A stretch of DNA of 64,000 bases from Octopus sinensis (Eukaryota), in the NCBI RefSeq assembly GCF_006345805.1, contig NC_043014.1, forward strand, positions 11,966,001 to 12,030,000. The letters run 5' to 3'. The notes beneath the pieces were generated by a model. It had not been told where the DNA came from. It saw only the letters and a list, made by a program, of their open reading frames with translations, and searched no databases. The position numbers and the translations under genes were made by a program. This document shows, piece after piece, positions 13,155 to 24,742 of the stretch. The first letter of the stretch is position 1. The number at the start of each line of letters is the position of its first letter.

Positions 13155-14338
13155 GTAACGTAAGCGTTTATTAATGATATCATCTAGTACAGTATTTCTC
13201 AAACATTTATTTATTTACCTTTGGACCCCTTTGATTCCTGTTTTACTCGGATGGATCCTCATAGTCATTCGATGTTTAAAATATCCTATTATACTTTTAT
13301 AGTTAAATATTATTAGGAATTGTATTTAAAAAATTGTTAAAGTATTCCGTGTATTGAGAAGTAAAACCAATTTACTGAACATAGATTTTAACAACAAAAC
13401 CTTCCAAGGGTCACCAAAGGTCATACTGACCCCGGTTGAGAACCACTGATCTCATATGAATATGGAAAGCGGCGATATGACAGAATCATTAGTACTTCGG
13501 TCCAAATGTTAAGCAGCAATTCTCCCGGCTTTTTACTGTGAGTTTAATTACCACCGAAAGTAACTTTGTCCTTCATCCCTCGGAATCGATTGAATAAAGT
13601 ACCAGTTATACCAGTCAAATACAAAGAACGATGTAATCAATTTGGCCCCCTCTCATCAAAAACTTGCAACAGACCGATGTCCTATTCACGACTATGTTGT
13701 GAGTAGTGGTAGTGGTGGTGGTGGTGGTGGTGGTGGTGGTGATGATGGTGGTGTTTGTGGCAGAGTTGACCTTTGACTGTGAAGCTGTCGTCTGGGTTCC
13801 TCCAATTCTTCGTGTGTCGGTGGCGGAGTTGGCGTCCATGCTCACACCTGCACCTGTTTTGCTCCTCCCCTCCCTCCCTCCTTCATGAAGCTGTGGGGAA
13901 GGCAGGGTAGGGAAATCAACGTCGTAAGCGTTGTCAAGGAGACCAGCCTTCTTTTAGAACAACGACTTCATGGCTTGAAGACGCCAAAACAGAAATGGCT
14001 AAGAAAGCCGAAAGCAAATTCTACAAAATCGGGAAACATGCCACACAGGGAAGGTTTCCCGTGCAAAGTATTTGCACAACCGAATGCTTTAGTTGTTGCA
14101 CAACTAATACATAAAAAATATTATCCAAACACAAACTTTTGAAGTTTAGTATTGTCTTTTTTTAATTTTTAACGCTTGTGCAAAATTGGATTTGTTTTTG
14201 GTGGTAGTGTTGGTGTCACTTGTAGTTGTTGAGGTTGTAGTAGTCGTGTTTTTGTTGGCAGTTATGGGAGACGGCAAAACGACGATATCGTTGCTGTTGT
14301 TGTTGTCGTTGGTGGAGGTGGTGGTGACGGTGGTGGTG

Positions 14339-14803
14339 GAATTTCTCAATTCACTGGAGCCTCCTGGACTACTTCCATACATTTTAGCACTTAAAGTTGG
14401 AACTCCTGTAAAGCTACTCCGCAATCTGGAACCACCAAGACTTTGCAATGGAACACGACTGGAGATAAAGAAAATGATGTCACACGTTATGGAGGCGATC
14501 ATTCTTTCTGGATGTGGAAAAGGTGATGACGTCTTTATTCCAAGATTTCCTCTTACTCCATCAGGAGCAGAAATTCCATTTAGATTCAGAAGACTGCAAT
14601 TCCCCCTTTGTGTCAGCTTTGCCATGTCCATTAACAAATCACAGGGTCAAACCTTCTCTGTAGCTGGTCTTCTCTTGGAAGAGCCCTGCTTCTCGCATGG
14701 GCAAGTGTATGTTGGCTGCTCAAGAGTAGGAACCAAAAGAAACCTTTTTGTATATGCTCCACAAGAAAAAACAAGGAACATTGTTTACAACGAGGTGTTA
14801 TAA
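14339..14803 (+). pseudogene. Helitron RepHel C-terminal PIF1-type helicase fragment, 5'-truncated
   Basis: EFLNSL...LKVGTPVKLLRNL...LCNGTRL...RRLQFPLCVSFAMSINKSQGQT...FSHGQVYVGCSRV...TRNIVYNEVL* matches PIF1/Helitron helicase motifs. The upstream part of the supplied ORF is low-complexity sequence. Confidence 0.93.
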
Positions 14804-14977
14804 TCTCAACAGCCAAGAATACATGACCCTCTTTTCTTTTTAACAAACTTCATGTACTTTCATGTATTTATATTAATAGGCATATATGTGTGTGTGTGAG
14901 TGTTTCCATGTATATATAACAGAAAAGTCTAATTCTTCAATTGAATGTAACCGGGCAACGCCGGGTATCTCTGCTAG
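14339..14977 (+). mobile_element. Helitron 3' portion with terminal hairpin and CTAG
   Basis: The helicase remnant is followed by ccgggcaacgccggg and ctctgCTAG at 14974-14977. The 5' boundary is unresolved. Confidence 0.88.
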
Positions 14978-15200
14978 TCTCTTATTATAATATAATATAA
15001 AATCCGTTCTGTCTGTCTGTGTGTCTTCTAGGATCTCGGGCATCCTCCATCCGATTGCGCTCAAATTAGATATGTAGATACCGACGGTATCAGGGCGTGT
15101 ATAAGTCTTGCAAAAATTACAAAAATCGATTCCAGATGAGAATGCGATCGATAAAACCGCGGAAACATGCATATTTGTGTGAATAAAATCGCTTTTCTTT
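14978..15200 (+). mobile_element. Helitron-like 5' terminus directly abutting the previous CTAG
   Basis: Starts TCtcttattataatataatataaaatccgttctgtctgtctg, the same TC/AT-rich/gtctgtct layout as the element at 50493. The right boundary is approximate. Confidence 0.65.
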
Positions 15201-15377
15201 GGAATAGAAAAAATGTCTATCTTTATTTCTTCTTTTGCTGGTTTCTCAAATTTAGGTTAAATCAGTGTTTCTCAAAGGGGAGGCCTATGGGACGGTCGGA
15301 TAAGTTGTTTTGAGAAAATTTGGTTTAAATGTTTGACAACTCAGCACCGTCCATTGGACGGGGACGTTTTGCTCGAG

Positions 15378-15455
<78 letters not shown>

Positions 15456-15806
15456 TGCATATATATATACATACATACATGTATTTTTTACTTGTTTCAG
15501 TCATTTGACTGTGGCCATGCTGGACCACCGCAATACGATCCCAGGACTTATCTTTAAGCCTAGCACTTATTCTATCAGTTCCTTTTCCGAACCGCTAAGT
15601 TATGGGGACGTAAATACCAATACCGGTTGTCAAGCGACGATGCAAGGGACAAACACAGGCACGAAGACATACACACACACACACGCATACACACACATAC
15701 ACACACACACATAACTATATACATATATATATATATACAACATACATATACATATATATACATATGTGTGTGTGTGTATGTGTGTATATACGTGTACATA
15801 TATATG

Positions 15807-15864
<58 letters not shown>

Positions 15865-15867
<3 letters not shown>

Positions 15868-16148
15868 TTGCGGCCAAAATTTCAGAACGGCATTGTTTTC
15901 GCCAGAAAAGTAGGTATAAGTTTTTATCAAAGTTGTTTTATATTCTATAATTTTCACAGGCAATAAATACGATATTAATTGTTATTGTCTGAGATTTTGA
16001 TATAATTTGAGAGGATAATACAAAAGTTATGGATGATTTAGTGATTTATTGTCTGTGAAAATTATAGAATATAAAACAACTTTGATAAAAACTTATACCT
16101 ACTTTTCTGGCGAAAACCATGCCGTTCTGAACATTTTGGCCGCAACTG
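15865..16148. mobile_element. Tc1/mariner-type MITE with about 104-bp terminal inverted repeats, inside (TA)n
   Basis: cagttgcggccaaaat...caataaat (15865-15968) is inverted at 16044-16148. Confidence 0.88.
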
Positions 16149-16149
16149 C

Positions 16150-16206
<57 letters not shown>

Positions 16207-16243
16207 CGTGTATGTATATGTATATATATATGTTTCTTTATAG

Positions 16244-16340
16244 GCTTCTGGGACTGTGACTGTTCAGGTAGAAGACGTCAATGATAACAGCCCTGTCTGC
16301 TCTGTACCATCTAATGTTATATATCTGAACGAAGATACAC
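16244..16340 (+). CDS. Giant cadherin exon (phase 0 to 1)
   Basis: tttctttatag|GCT acceptor and AC|gtgagt donor. Encodes ASGTVTVQVEDVNDNSPVCSVPSNVIYLNEDT. Confidence 0.93.
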
Positions 16341-16667
16341 GTGAGTATCTTTCAATGTTTGTCCTTACTCCACTCTTTCAAACCATTTCATCGACTCAAA
16401 CAACTTAGCCTGTTTCAGAATTCGCAGCAGCACCACCAACGATTGTTAGTAGCAAAAATAATGGTGATTTTGAGCATCTAATTTGAAATAGTCGTTCGTA
16501 ACTGTGCAGTCGTGTTGTAGTGTTCTTTTCTGAAATTTTGCTTTCTCCTCTGTGCTTCATGCATTTTCCAAATTTTCACGTGATTCATAGCGGTTCCTAC
16601 ATGTTCATCAAACTTACGGATCATTCCTTGAGTTCAACAAATATTGTTTCCATTTGTGTGTGTGTGT

Positions 16668-16718
<51 letters not shown>

Positions 16719-17986
16719 AACATTATGGCTATAGTGAAGAGACATTGGCAATAAAAATCAGACCACATATAATGAAATGGATACGTCTATATTTATGTAA
16801 ACAATCTATATTCATTCATATTTATATTCATAAAAAATACATCTACCATGTATTGTCGAAATTCACGTAACTAAGGAATTAATGTAATTCCAAAAATTTC
16901 ATCCTTGGAGTTAATATGTACGTGGGTGTGCGGGCGCGCATGTTTATGTATGGACATGCGCGCTTACACGAATACTATGAACATTTTTATTCCCTTATCT
17001 TTACTCTCTCTCCTCACTTAGCAGTCATTCCAATAGCTTTTTTGACTTAATAGCGATCAATCACACAGTAATTTCCCTTTGTTTAGCGGTCATTTCCATA
17101 TCAATTTTTCGATGGCTAGATAACTAAAGAGATGGCGGCGTGCGTTTCCGCCCCGACATCCGAAACTCGGAGTTTTATCCTGGCTACCGAATAATTGTCA
17201 CATACTATATTTACATATATATATATATGACCGCGACTGCAAAAGTAAAAGACTTTTATTAAACTACTGCGTCATTCTCCTGTAGCAGTTTTCTTTAAAG
17301 TTATTGGCCCTGCTGGGGCTGAAAAAACTAAACTGTGGATATCGTGACGTGTAGCAACAGTCATGAATCCGAATTCAATAGCAAGTGAAAAAAATCCTCT
17401 ATTTATGTCGATTTTGAAGGGAAAGTTTTGACGTTTCGGACGCTTGTTCTTCATCTGAGAAATAAAAAGAATAGAAAGGGTATTTAGGAAATATATATGT
17501 ATGTACATATATGTGTGCGCATGTGTGTGTTAGCACATACCTAAACACACACCAAGATGCAAATACACATATACAGTGCAACTAGACATTGTTGTGTTTA
17601 AAACACAAACATTAGGGCCATCAAATATATATGATATTTATCCTGTGACTATCAGACAAGCAGTGTATTTTGTGAGCTCATCCGATACAATTCCATCTCC
17701 TTGAGATCAGAATTTTGTGTTTTTGTTTTTTATCTACGTGTCCAATTTACAGTTTTCCTCTGCTTTGCCTGTCAAATACACTGTATTTTTTCTTGATCTC
17801 AGAGCATTGTGAAACTCAAAATGTATTTTTCCAACTTCATAATTTCAAAATTATTTCACAGTTTCTGAAGTTCATGTTGCCAAGTATTATTATTATTATT
17901 ATTATTATTGTTATTGTTATTGTTATTGTTGTTGTTGTTGTTGTTGTTGTTGCTGCTGCTGCTGTTGCTGTTGCAGTTGCTGTTGC

Positions 17987-18017
<31 letters not shown>

Positions 18018-18262
18018 ATTATTATTAAAGCGGTGAGCTGGCAGAATCGTTAGCAGGCTGGACGAAATGCTTAGCGTTATTTCACCCGTCGCTACGTTCT
18101 GAGTTCAAATTCCGCTGAAGTCGACTTTACCATTCGTCCTTTCGGGGTCGATAAAATGAGTACCAGTTGAACACTTAATCTACTTAATCCCTTCCCCCAA
18201 ATTTCAGTCCTTGTACCTATAATAGAAAAGGATTTTTATCATCGTTATCATCATCATCATCA

Positions 18263-18299
<37 letters not shown>

Positions 18300-18301
18300 A
18301 G

Positions 18302-18439
18302 CTGTTGGTCATGATATAGTCATATTGCATTGTTTCGATGCCGACTCAGATCTCTATAACCGCATCAAGTATCGTCTTCATACCACTACCCCAATGATCC
18401 CATTCCGGGTTTCTTCCGCGGGAATCGTTCAGTTATCAG
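18302..18439 (+). CDS. Giant cadherin exon (phase 1 to 1)
   Basis: (att)n-acag|CT acceptor and CAG|gtaagt donor. Encodes PVGHDIVILHCFDADSDLYNRIKYRLHTTTPMIPFRVSSAGIVQLS. Confidence 0.9.
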
Positions 18440-18620
18440 GTAAGTTGGAGAATCAACTGATCAGAAAAATGCCATTGAGAAATGATATTTAGAAATGACA
18501 TTGCCATAAGCAATGGTGGTGGTGGATGAAGCAAATTCACAATTCCATTTTACATTGAAACGGCTGTGAAGGTCATTACTATCCCAGAATTCTCTATAAC
18601 TTTCTATAAACCTGCATACT

Positions 18621-18837
18621 TACTCTTTTGCTTGTTTCAGTCATTTGAACTGCGGCCATGCTGTCGCACCGCCTTTTAGTCGAGCAAATCGATCCCAGGA
18701 CTTATTCTTTGTAAGCCTAGTACTTATTCTATCGGTCTCTTTTGCCGAACCTCTAAGTTACGGGGACGTAAACACACCACCATCGGTTGTCAAGCGATCT
18801 TGATGGGACAAACACAGGCGCACACACACACACACAC

Positions 18838-18904
<67 letters not shown>

Positions 18905-19070
18905 GACGGGCCTCTTTCAGTTTCCGTCTACCAAATCCACTCACAAGGCTTTGGTTGGCTCGAGGCTATAGTAGAAGACACTTGCCCAAGGTGCCATGCA
19001 GTGGGACTGAACCTAGAACTATGTGATTAGTAAGCAAGCTACATACCTCACAGCCACTCCTGCGCCTATA
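18621..19070 (-). mobile_element. SINE family B, full length
   Basis: Reverse complement of the family B consensus, with internal microsatellite. Confidence 0.9.
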
Positions 19071-19401
19071 CTTGACACCATTTAATAATTAACTTTATGA
19101 ATTTTATAAATCTCACAACTTATTTAACTATAATTAATTAAACACTTCTTTATTCACTACATTAAACATATCAGCTTCCGACTTTGTTGTTTGTTTTTCA
19201 TGCATAAGGCATCCCTGAGTATCTCCTCACCCTCTCATTCTTTTAATTTCTCACCAAAGAAATCCAGTCATCTTAGACCCGACGGTACAGATTGGAGTTT
19301 TGTTGGCTGAAGATGTTTGATGATTTCGAAAATATTCAGAGTTAGCCCGTTACTGCCAAAGATCTGAATCTCCACTGCTGCATGCCTAATTTCATTTTTA
19401 A

Positions 19402-19747
19402 CTAGCAGTATTGCCCGGCGTTGCTCGGATTTGTTTCGACCCTTTAGAATTGGAATTTTTGAATATTTTTCTTGGTTGAAATACACCAAAAAATGGCGAC
19501 ACAGCAGTCAAAAAATCGTAAAAAATAGGGATTTTCATAGAAAAAAAGTACCTTTTTGATGTAAATAATTTTTAGTCGTAACATGGTCCGATTTGAATTT
19601 TTCTTCTACGGAAAGAAGAGCAAGCCTTCTTCTATCATTCTCTCAATTTTGGTCAACTTGCGCCGCAGGGTCTCGGAGGAGATAGTGTTAGTTGAAGGCT
19701 ACCAAACCTGCCATACACAGACAACTTCAGCTTCATATATAGAGAGA
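19402..19747 (-). mobile_element. Non-autonomous Helitron, 346 bp
   Basis: The minus strand starts TCtctctatatatg and ends atccgagcaacgccgggcaatactgCTAG. It sits between A and T with no TSD. Confidence 0.88.
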
Positions 19748-19996
19748 TTAATTTTAATTTCAGGGGTTGTCTACCCGGTTTCTTCAGCAGAATTGCTCAT
19801 TAAACTTAAATTTACTCTTCATTAGAATGCAACTTTAATTATTTGAATTTTATAGGATTACTGCATTAAATTTGCTAACTCCGACTTGAGAACAAGAACG
19901 AATAATTTGCTGATTAATAGAGATGTGAATTTATACGTTTGAATGGATTAATGAAAGTAACCGTTAAGATGGTTTTGATATGTTAACTGTTTCATT

Positions 19997-20789
19997 TCGT
20001 TTTTGGATTTGGTTTGCAAAATTCTTTATATGATTTCGTGTGTTGAAGCATATTCTGTTGTGTCTGGGGAGAGTCATTTTCTTTATTGTGCCTTATAATG
20101 TAACACACTCACTGGTATAATTTCCACTTTTTTTTCTTATTTTTATTTTCCTAAAATTTTCGTTGCGTCTTGCAACTTTTTCAATAGTCTTGACTCTTAT
20201 ATACATGCAGCACAACACAGAAGGAACTGGAGATGAAAAGTAGGTTCACTTCACAAATACATATACTTTTTCCAGTGTCGTAAAGACACTGATATCGAAA
20301 AAGTGTAAACAAGCAATAATAAATCTTAGAGCGAGTTATAAACAGTAGCTGCAACACATCGTGACGTATATTTGCCATTTAAATATGGCTAACCCCTAAG
20401 GGTGGATGCTACTGTAGTTTGTAGCCCCAGGAGGACACCTCCTCCAGCTGGCTATAGACACACTTTCTGTGCCATCGACAACTGTGATTGTCACACGCCG
20501 ATGACGGGTCAATATCCAGAAACTCGAGTCCGTGTGTGTCATAAGTTGGAGACGGGAAGGATGGCTTCCCTTTGCAAATACTGATAGGGCACAGAAAGTG
20601 TGTCTATAGCCAGCTGGAGGAGGTGTCCTCCTGGGGCTACAAACTACAGTAGCATCCACCCTTAGGGGTTAGCCATATTTAAATGGCAAATATACGTCAC
20701 GAAAAATAAGAAAAAATGTGGAAATTTTACCGGTGTGTGTGTTACATTATAAGGCACAAAAAGAAAATGACTCTCCCCAGACACAACAG
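19997..20789. mobile_element. TSD-flanked fold-back insertion with nested inverted repeats, possibly Penelope-like
   Basis: aactgtttcatt at 19985-19996 and 20790-20801. Perfect inverted repeat 20359-20473 / 20588-20702 and imperfect inverted repeat about 20053-20145 / 20702-20791. The family assignment is inference. Confidence 0.75.
20492..20536 (+). ncRNA. Type I hammerhead-ribozyme-like motif with two non-canonical positions
   Basis: Stem I CACACG/CGUGUG, core CCGAUGA...GAAA, self-complementary stem III ACUCGAGU and GUC triplet at 20528-20530. Deviations are U4C and a C-A mismatch at the base of stem II. Confidence 0.5.
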
Positions 20790-20884
20790 AACTGTTTCAT
20801 TGTTTGAACTATAAAGCGACTTGTGATGTTATTTTGAAAAGGGATCTATTTTATCTCTGTACTGAATTTCCGACTATCTTTCAG

Positions 20885-21196
20885 GTTCACTGGATTACGA
20901 TATGGAACGTTCCTACGTATTTCAAGTCCTTGTCAGTGACAATGGTTTGAAGCAGACAACTGTTGTTTTAAACATACAAATTACTGAAAACGAAGCCAAT
21001 TCGCCGATATTTGTAAGCAATTTCAGTACATCTATCATGGAAGATGCACCGATAGGGTATTTCGTCATTGATATCACAGCTACAAATAAACAGCATCAAA
21101 CTATTAAAGCTGGGAAACTAATTTACTCAATTCCTTCAGGAAACGATGCCAAATTATTCAGAATCAACTCACATACTGGATGCATAACATTAGATG
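20885..21196 (+). CDS. Giant cadherin exon (phase 1 to 1)
   Basis: tctttcag|GT acceptor and ATG|gtaagt donor. Encodes GSLDYDMERSYVF...MEDAPIGY...FRINSHTGCITLD. Confidence 0.94.
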
Positions 21197-21214
21197 GTAA
21201 GTTAAAGATTGTTG

Positions 21215-21446
21215 GGCGGCGAGCGTGGCAGAACTGTTAGCATGCCGGGTGAAATGCTTAGCGGTATTTCGTCTGCCGCTACGTTCTGAGTTCAAATTCC
21301 GCCGAGGTCGACTTTGCCTTTCATCCTTTCGGGGTCGATTAAATAAGTACCAGTTATGCACTGGGGTCGATATAATCGACTTAATCCGTTTATCTGTCCT
21401 TGTTTGTCCCCTCTATGTTCAGCCCCTTGTGGGTAGTAAAGAAATA
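21215..21446 (+). mobile_element. SINE family A with 19-bp TSD that includes the splice donor
   Basis: ggtaagttaaagattgttg occurs at 21196-21214 and 21447-21465. Confidence 0.93.
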
Positions 21447-22338
21447 GGTAAGTTAAAGATTGTTGTTTTCCGATCAGATAACACTGTGTAACACTAATTT
21501 TGTCCTTGGATAGCAACTGTTATTTCCTATTTGTTTACCCCTAGAAAGTATGAGAAATATCTCCTTCAAACTTTGCTATTGTTACATTTATTCAAACCCT
21601 AAAGACTCTTTTCACAGCTATACGCCGTTAGAAATTTGCATTAGTTTTTGTATTAAAAAAACAAGGAAGAGAGGGGGCTTGTTTGTAATTTGTAGGGAAA
21701 ACGTTAAACGTGTCTAAAAAAAAACATTGTCTTTCTTCCCAACTAAAAGACATGATGAACTATGAAAGAAGATGAATAAGGACCGGGGGTGCGAGAAAGA
21801 AGAGGGAACTCACTGTCGATCGTTCTAGAACTCCCAGAATGAAAACCTAAACACCTGAAAGACTTTCCCTCTAACCATTGCTAAATGCCTTCCCTCTTTT
21901 TCATTGTTAAAAGTAAAGAAACTAGAAAAGATCGATCGTATTTCAGTCTATTTGTCTCTATCGCTTCATTCTTTCTCTCTGCGGTTAAGAGAGTGAAGGT
22001 GCATGGATCAGTGGTTAGGAGTATTCGGCCCACGATCGTAAAGTCATGAGTACAAATCCCGGCAGCGCGCTGTGTTCTTGAGCAAGGTACTTTATTTCAC
22101 CTTGCTGCAGTCCACTCAGCTGGCAAAAATGAATTGTGGCTATAATTCAAAGGGGCCAGCCTTGTCATATTTTCTGTGTGAGGCTGAATCTCCTTGATAA
22201 CTACGTTATGGTATGCATGTCTATGGAGTACTCAACCGCTTGCGCATAAAAGGAATCTTGTTTTCTATTGCCTCTCCATGATGTTGTCCCCAATTACTAT
22301 TTTAATTATTATTATTATTATTTTTGTTGTTGTTATTG

Positions 22339-22401
<63 letters not shown>

Positions 22402-22539
22402 GACTTTGACTTTCATCCTTTCGGGGTCGTTAAATTAAGTACCAGTTACGCACTGGGGTCGATGTAATCGACTTAATCCCTTTGTCTGTCCTTGTTTGTC
22501 CCCTCTGTGTTTAGCTCCTTGTGGGTAGTAAAGAAATAT

Positions 22540-22570
<31 letters not shown>

Positions 22571-22599
22571 TATTATTATTATTATTATTATTATTATCA

Positions 22600-22765
22600 T
22601 TCTATGTTTGACTTTTGCTTTATATTTGCACAAGTTGGCTCCAAGTCTCACCCAGAGACCTCAAGAGACACCAGGTTGGAAGATCGTGATGTTGTTATGC
22701 CTAGTGTGCCATATATTTGGTTTTGTATTTAGTGTTGTACTAGTGAATGTCAAAAAAAAATTATG

Positions 22766-22768
<3 letters not shown>
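22600..22768 (-). mobile_element. 3' UTR fragment of an R4/Dong-like LINE, within (ATT)n
   Basis: Close match to 49690-49860, which is attached to an RLE-type C-terminal coding remnant. Confidence 0.8.
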
Positions 22769-22822
<54 letters not shown>

Positions 22823-22825
22823 TAG

Positions 22826-23266
22826 GAAACTTGGATAGAGAGAAGCAAGCTTCATACGTGTTGCTGATCAAAGCAGTCGAAAAGAGCAAGACACAGAACA
22901 GTGCAATGGCCACCCTAACTATAGTCGTTGCAGATGTCAACGACAATGCTCCTTCATGTCAACCACCGGCATTTAGCTTAACTTTGGTCGAAGACCAAAA
23001 GCTCAACACCCCTCTTCAAACATTTTTTTGTGAGGACCTCGATGCGAAGGGTAACCTTAGTTTGACTTATTCAGTAACATCGAGTGAGCCAAATGTTTTC
23101 GATATGAAACGACAATTTCTAGTACTGAAATCCGGTTTTGATTTGGCCAAAAATCCACACGGATACCATTTGTACGTTACGGTGAGCGATTCTGTGCACG
23201 AAGTGGAGATAACAGGATACGTTAAAGTGACGGCCGTTAACAAATTCTCGCCTGTTTTCTCACAGG
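22826..23266 (+). CDS. Giant cadherin exon (phase 1 to 1)
   Basis: (att)n-tttag|GA acceptor and CAGG|gtaaat donor. Encodes GNLDREKQASY...DVNDNAPSC...VNKFSPVFSQ. Confidence 0.94.
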
Positions 23267-23315
23267 GTAAATATATTTTATTTATCTAAAAGAATATGTA
23301 TATTAATTTGTGGTG

Positions 23316-23318
23316 ATA

Positions 23319-23358
<40 letters not shown>

Positions 23359-23485
23359 CGATGACGATTATGATGATGATGATGATGATGGTGATGATGG
23401 TGATGGTGACGATGATGGTGATGATTATGATGACGATGATGATGATGACGATGCCGATTATGATGATGATGATGATGATGATGAT
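23316..23485. repeat. (GAT)n-type trinucleotide microsatellite
   Basis: Direct reading. Source of the poly-His and poly-Met pseudo-ORFs. Confidence 0.97.
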
Positions 23486-24220
23486 TAGAATTTAACAACA
23501 ATGACAATGATGCCCAAGATATAAGCGCATGCATGTTTGTGTGGTTAAGAAGCTCGATTTGCAGCGACGTGGTTTCGAGTTCGGTTCCAATGTGTGGTTC
23601 CTTGAGCTAGTGTCTTCTACAACAGCGAAAAGCCGACCAATTCCTTGTGAGCGAATTTGATTGACGGAAACTGTGTGAATGCCCGTTGTATGGGGAGTGG
23701 GGTGAGTGTGTATGTGTGTGTGTGTGTTTATGTTTGCCCCCACTTCACCGTTTGACAACCGGCATTGGTTTGTTTATGTCCATGTGAGTGTATGTGTGTG
23801 TGTGTTCCACAATTGTAGTAAACCAAAGTTTTATAATAAAGTTCTATATTATCCTCCTTCCGATTACAGAGCTACTGCTATACGAATAGCTAGCGTTTGT
23901 ACAGTATAAGATGCACCATTTGTGCGTCTATTCTCGAAACGGCTGTAAGGGATTTTCTGTACACCGTATTAATTCCTTCCTTCTTATCGTCTATACTCAT
24001 CTCACAGCTCAACCGAAATCAATGTCATAATCTGACCTTGCACCAGTTGTTTTGCTTGCTAAGACTTTTGGCTCAGTGGTTAGAGCGCTGAGCTCACAAT
24101 CATGAGGCAGTGAGTTCAATTCTCGGACCGGGCTTTGTTGTGTCCTTACCCTTACCTTTTGCCTCATTATGCATATGTATGTGAGTACACGCGCGTGCGC
24201 ACACTCACGCACACACATAC

Positions 24221-24259
<39 letters not shown>

Positions 24260-24294
24260 TTAGTCCTTTGCTAATGATTTGTTTCGTATTTCAG

Positions 24295-24616
24295 ATCATT
24301 ACACTGTACGATTCCATGAAGGGACCAGCATTGGGCATCAACTAACCAAAATCAGCGCAACGGATAGGGACCATCCAAATATAGGGAACGATATAATCAA
24401 ATACTCCATTGTGAAATCAGGGGATAACTTACCTTTTCACATTGACAAACAGTCGGGTATTATTTTTGTGGATTCAGTCTTGGATAGAGAAAACATTGAG
24501 AAACACAATTTTCAAGTGGAAGCTGTAGACGAGTCTCTTAGGATAGTTTGTAATATAACAGTAATTGTGACAGATATTAACGACAATCCGCCATATTTTA
24601 AACCAGCATCATACAG
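24295..24616 (+). CDS. Giant cadherin exon (phase 1 to 2)
   Basis: gtatttcag|AT acceptor and CAG|gtaaaa donor. Encodes DHYTVRFHEG...ATDRD...LDRENI...DINDNPPYFKPASY. Confidence 0.95.
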
Positions 24617-24742
24617 GTAAAATTGCTTGTAACTTATCGCCACAGTCTTCCCCTATTTATTTTCAAATCTATACATTTTTTTATTATCGTCAAACTTTAT
24701 AATCTTGCGACTTTATAATCTGCAATATTTCTTTTAAACTTT

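Noticed and set aside
13680-14338. GC-richer segment upstream of the Helitron helicase remnant
   Set aside because: It may be Helitron-internal or captured sequence, but no 5' TC terminus or recognisable protein motif could be placed.
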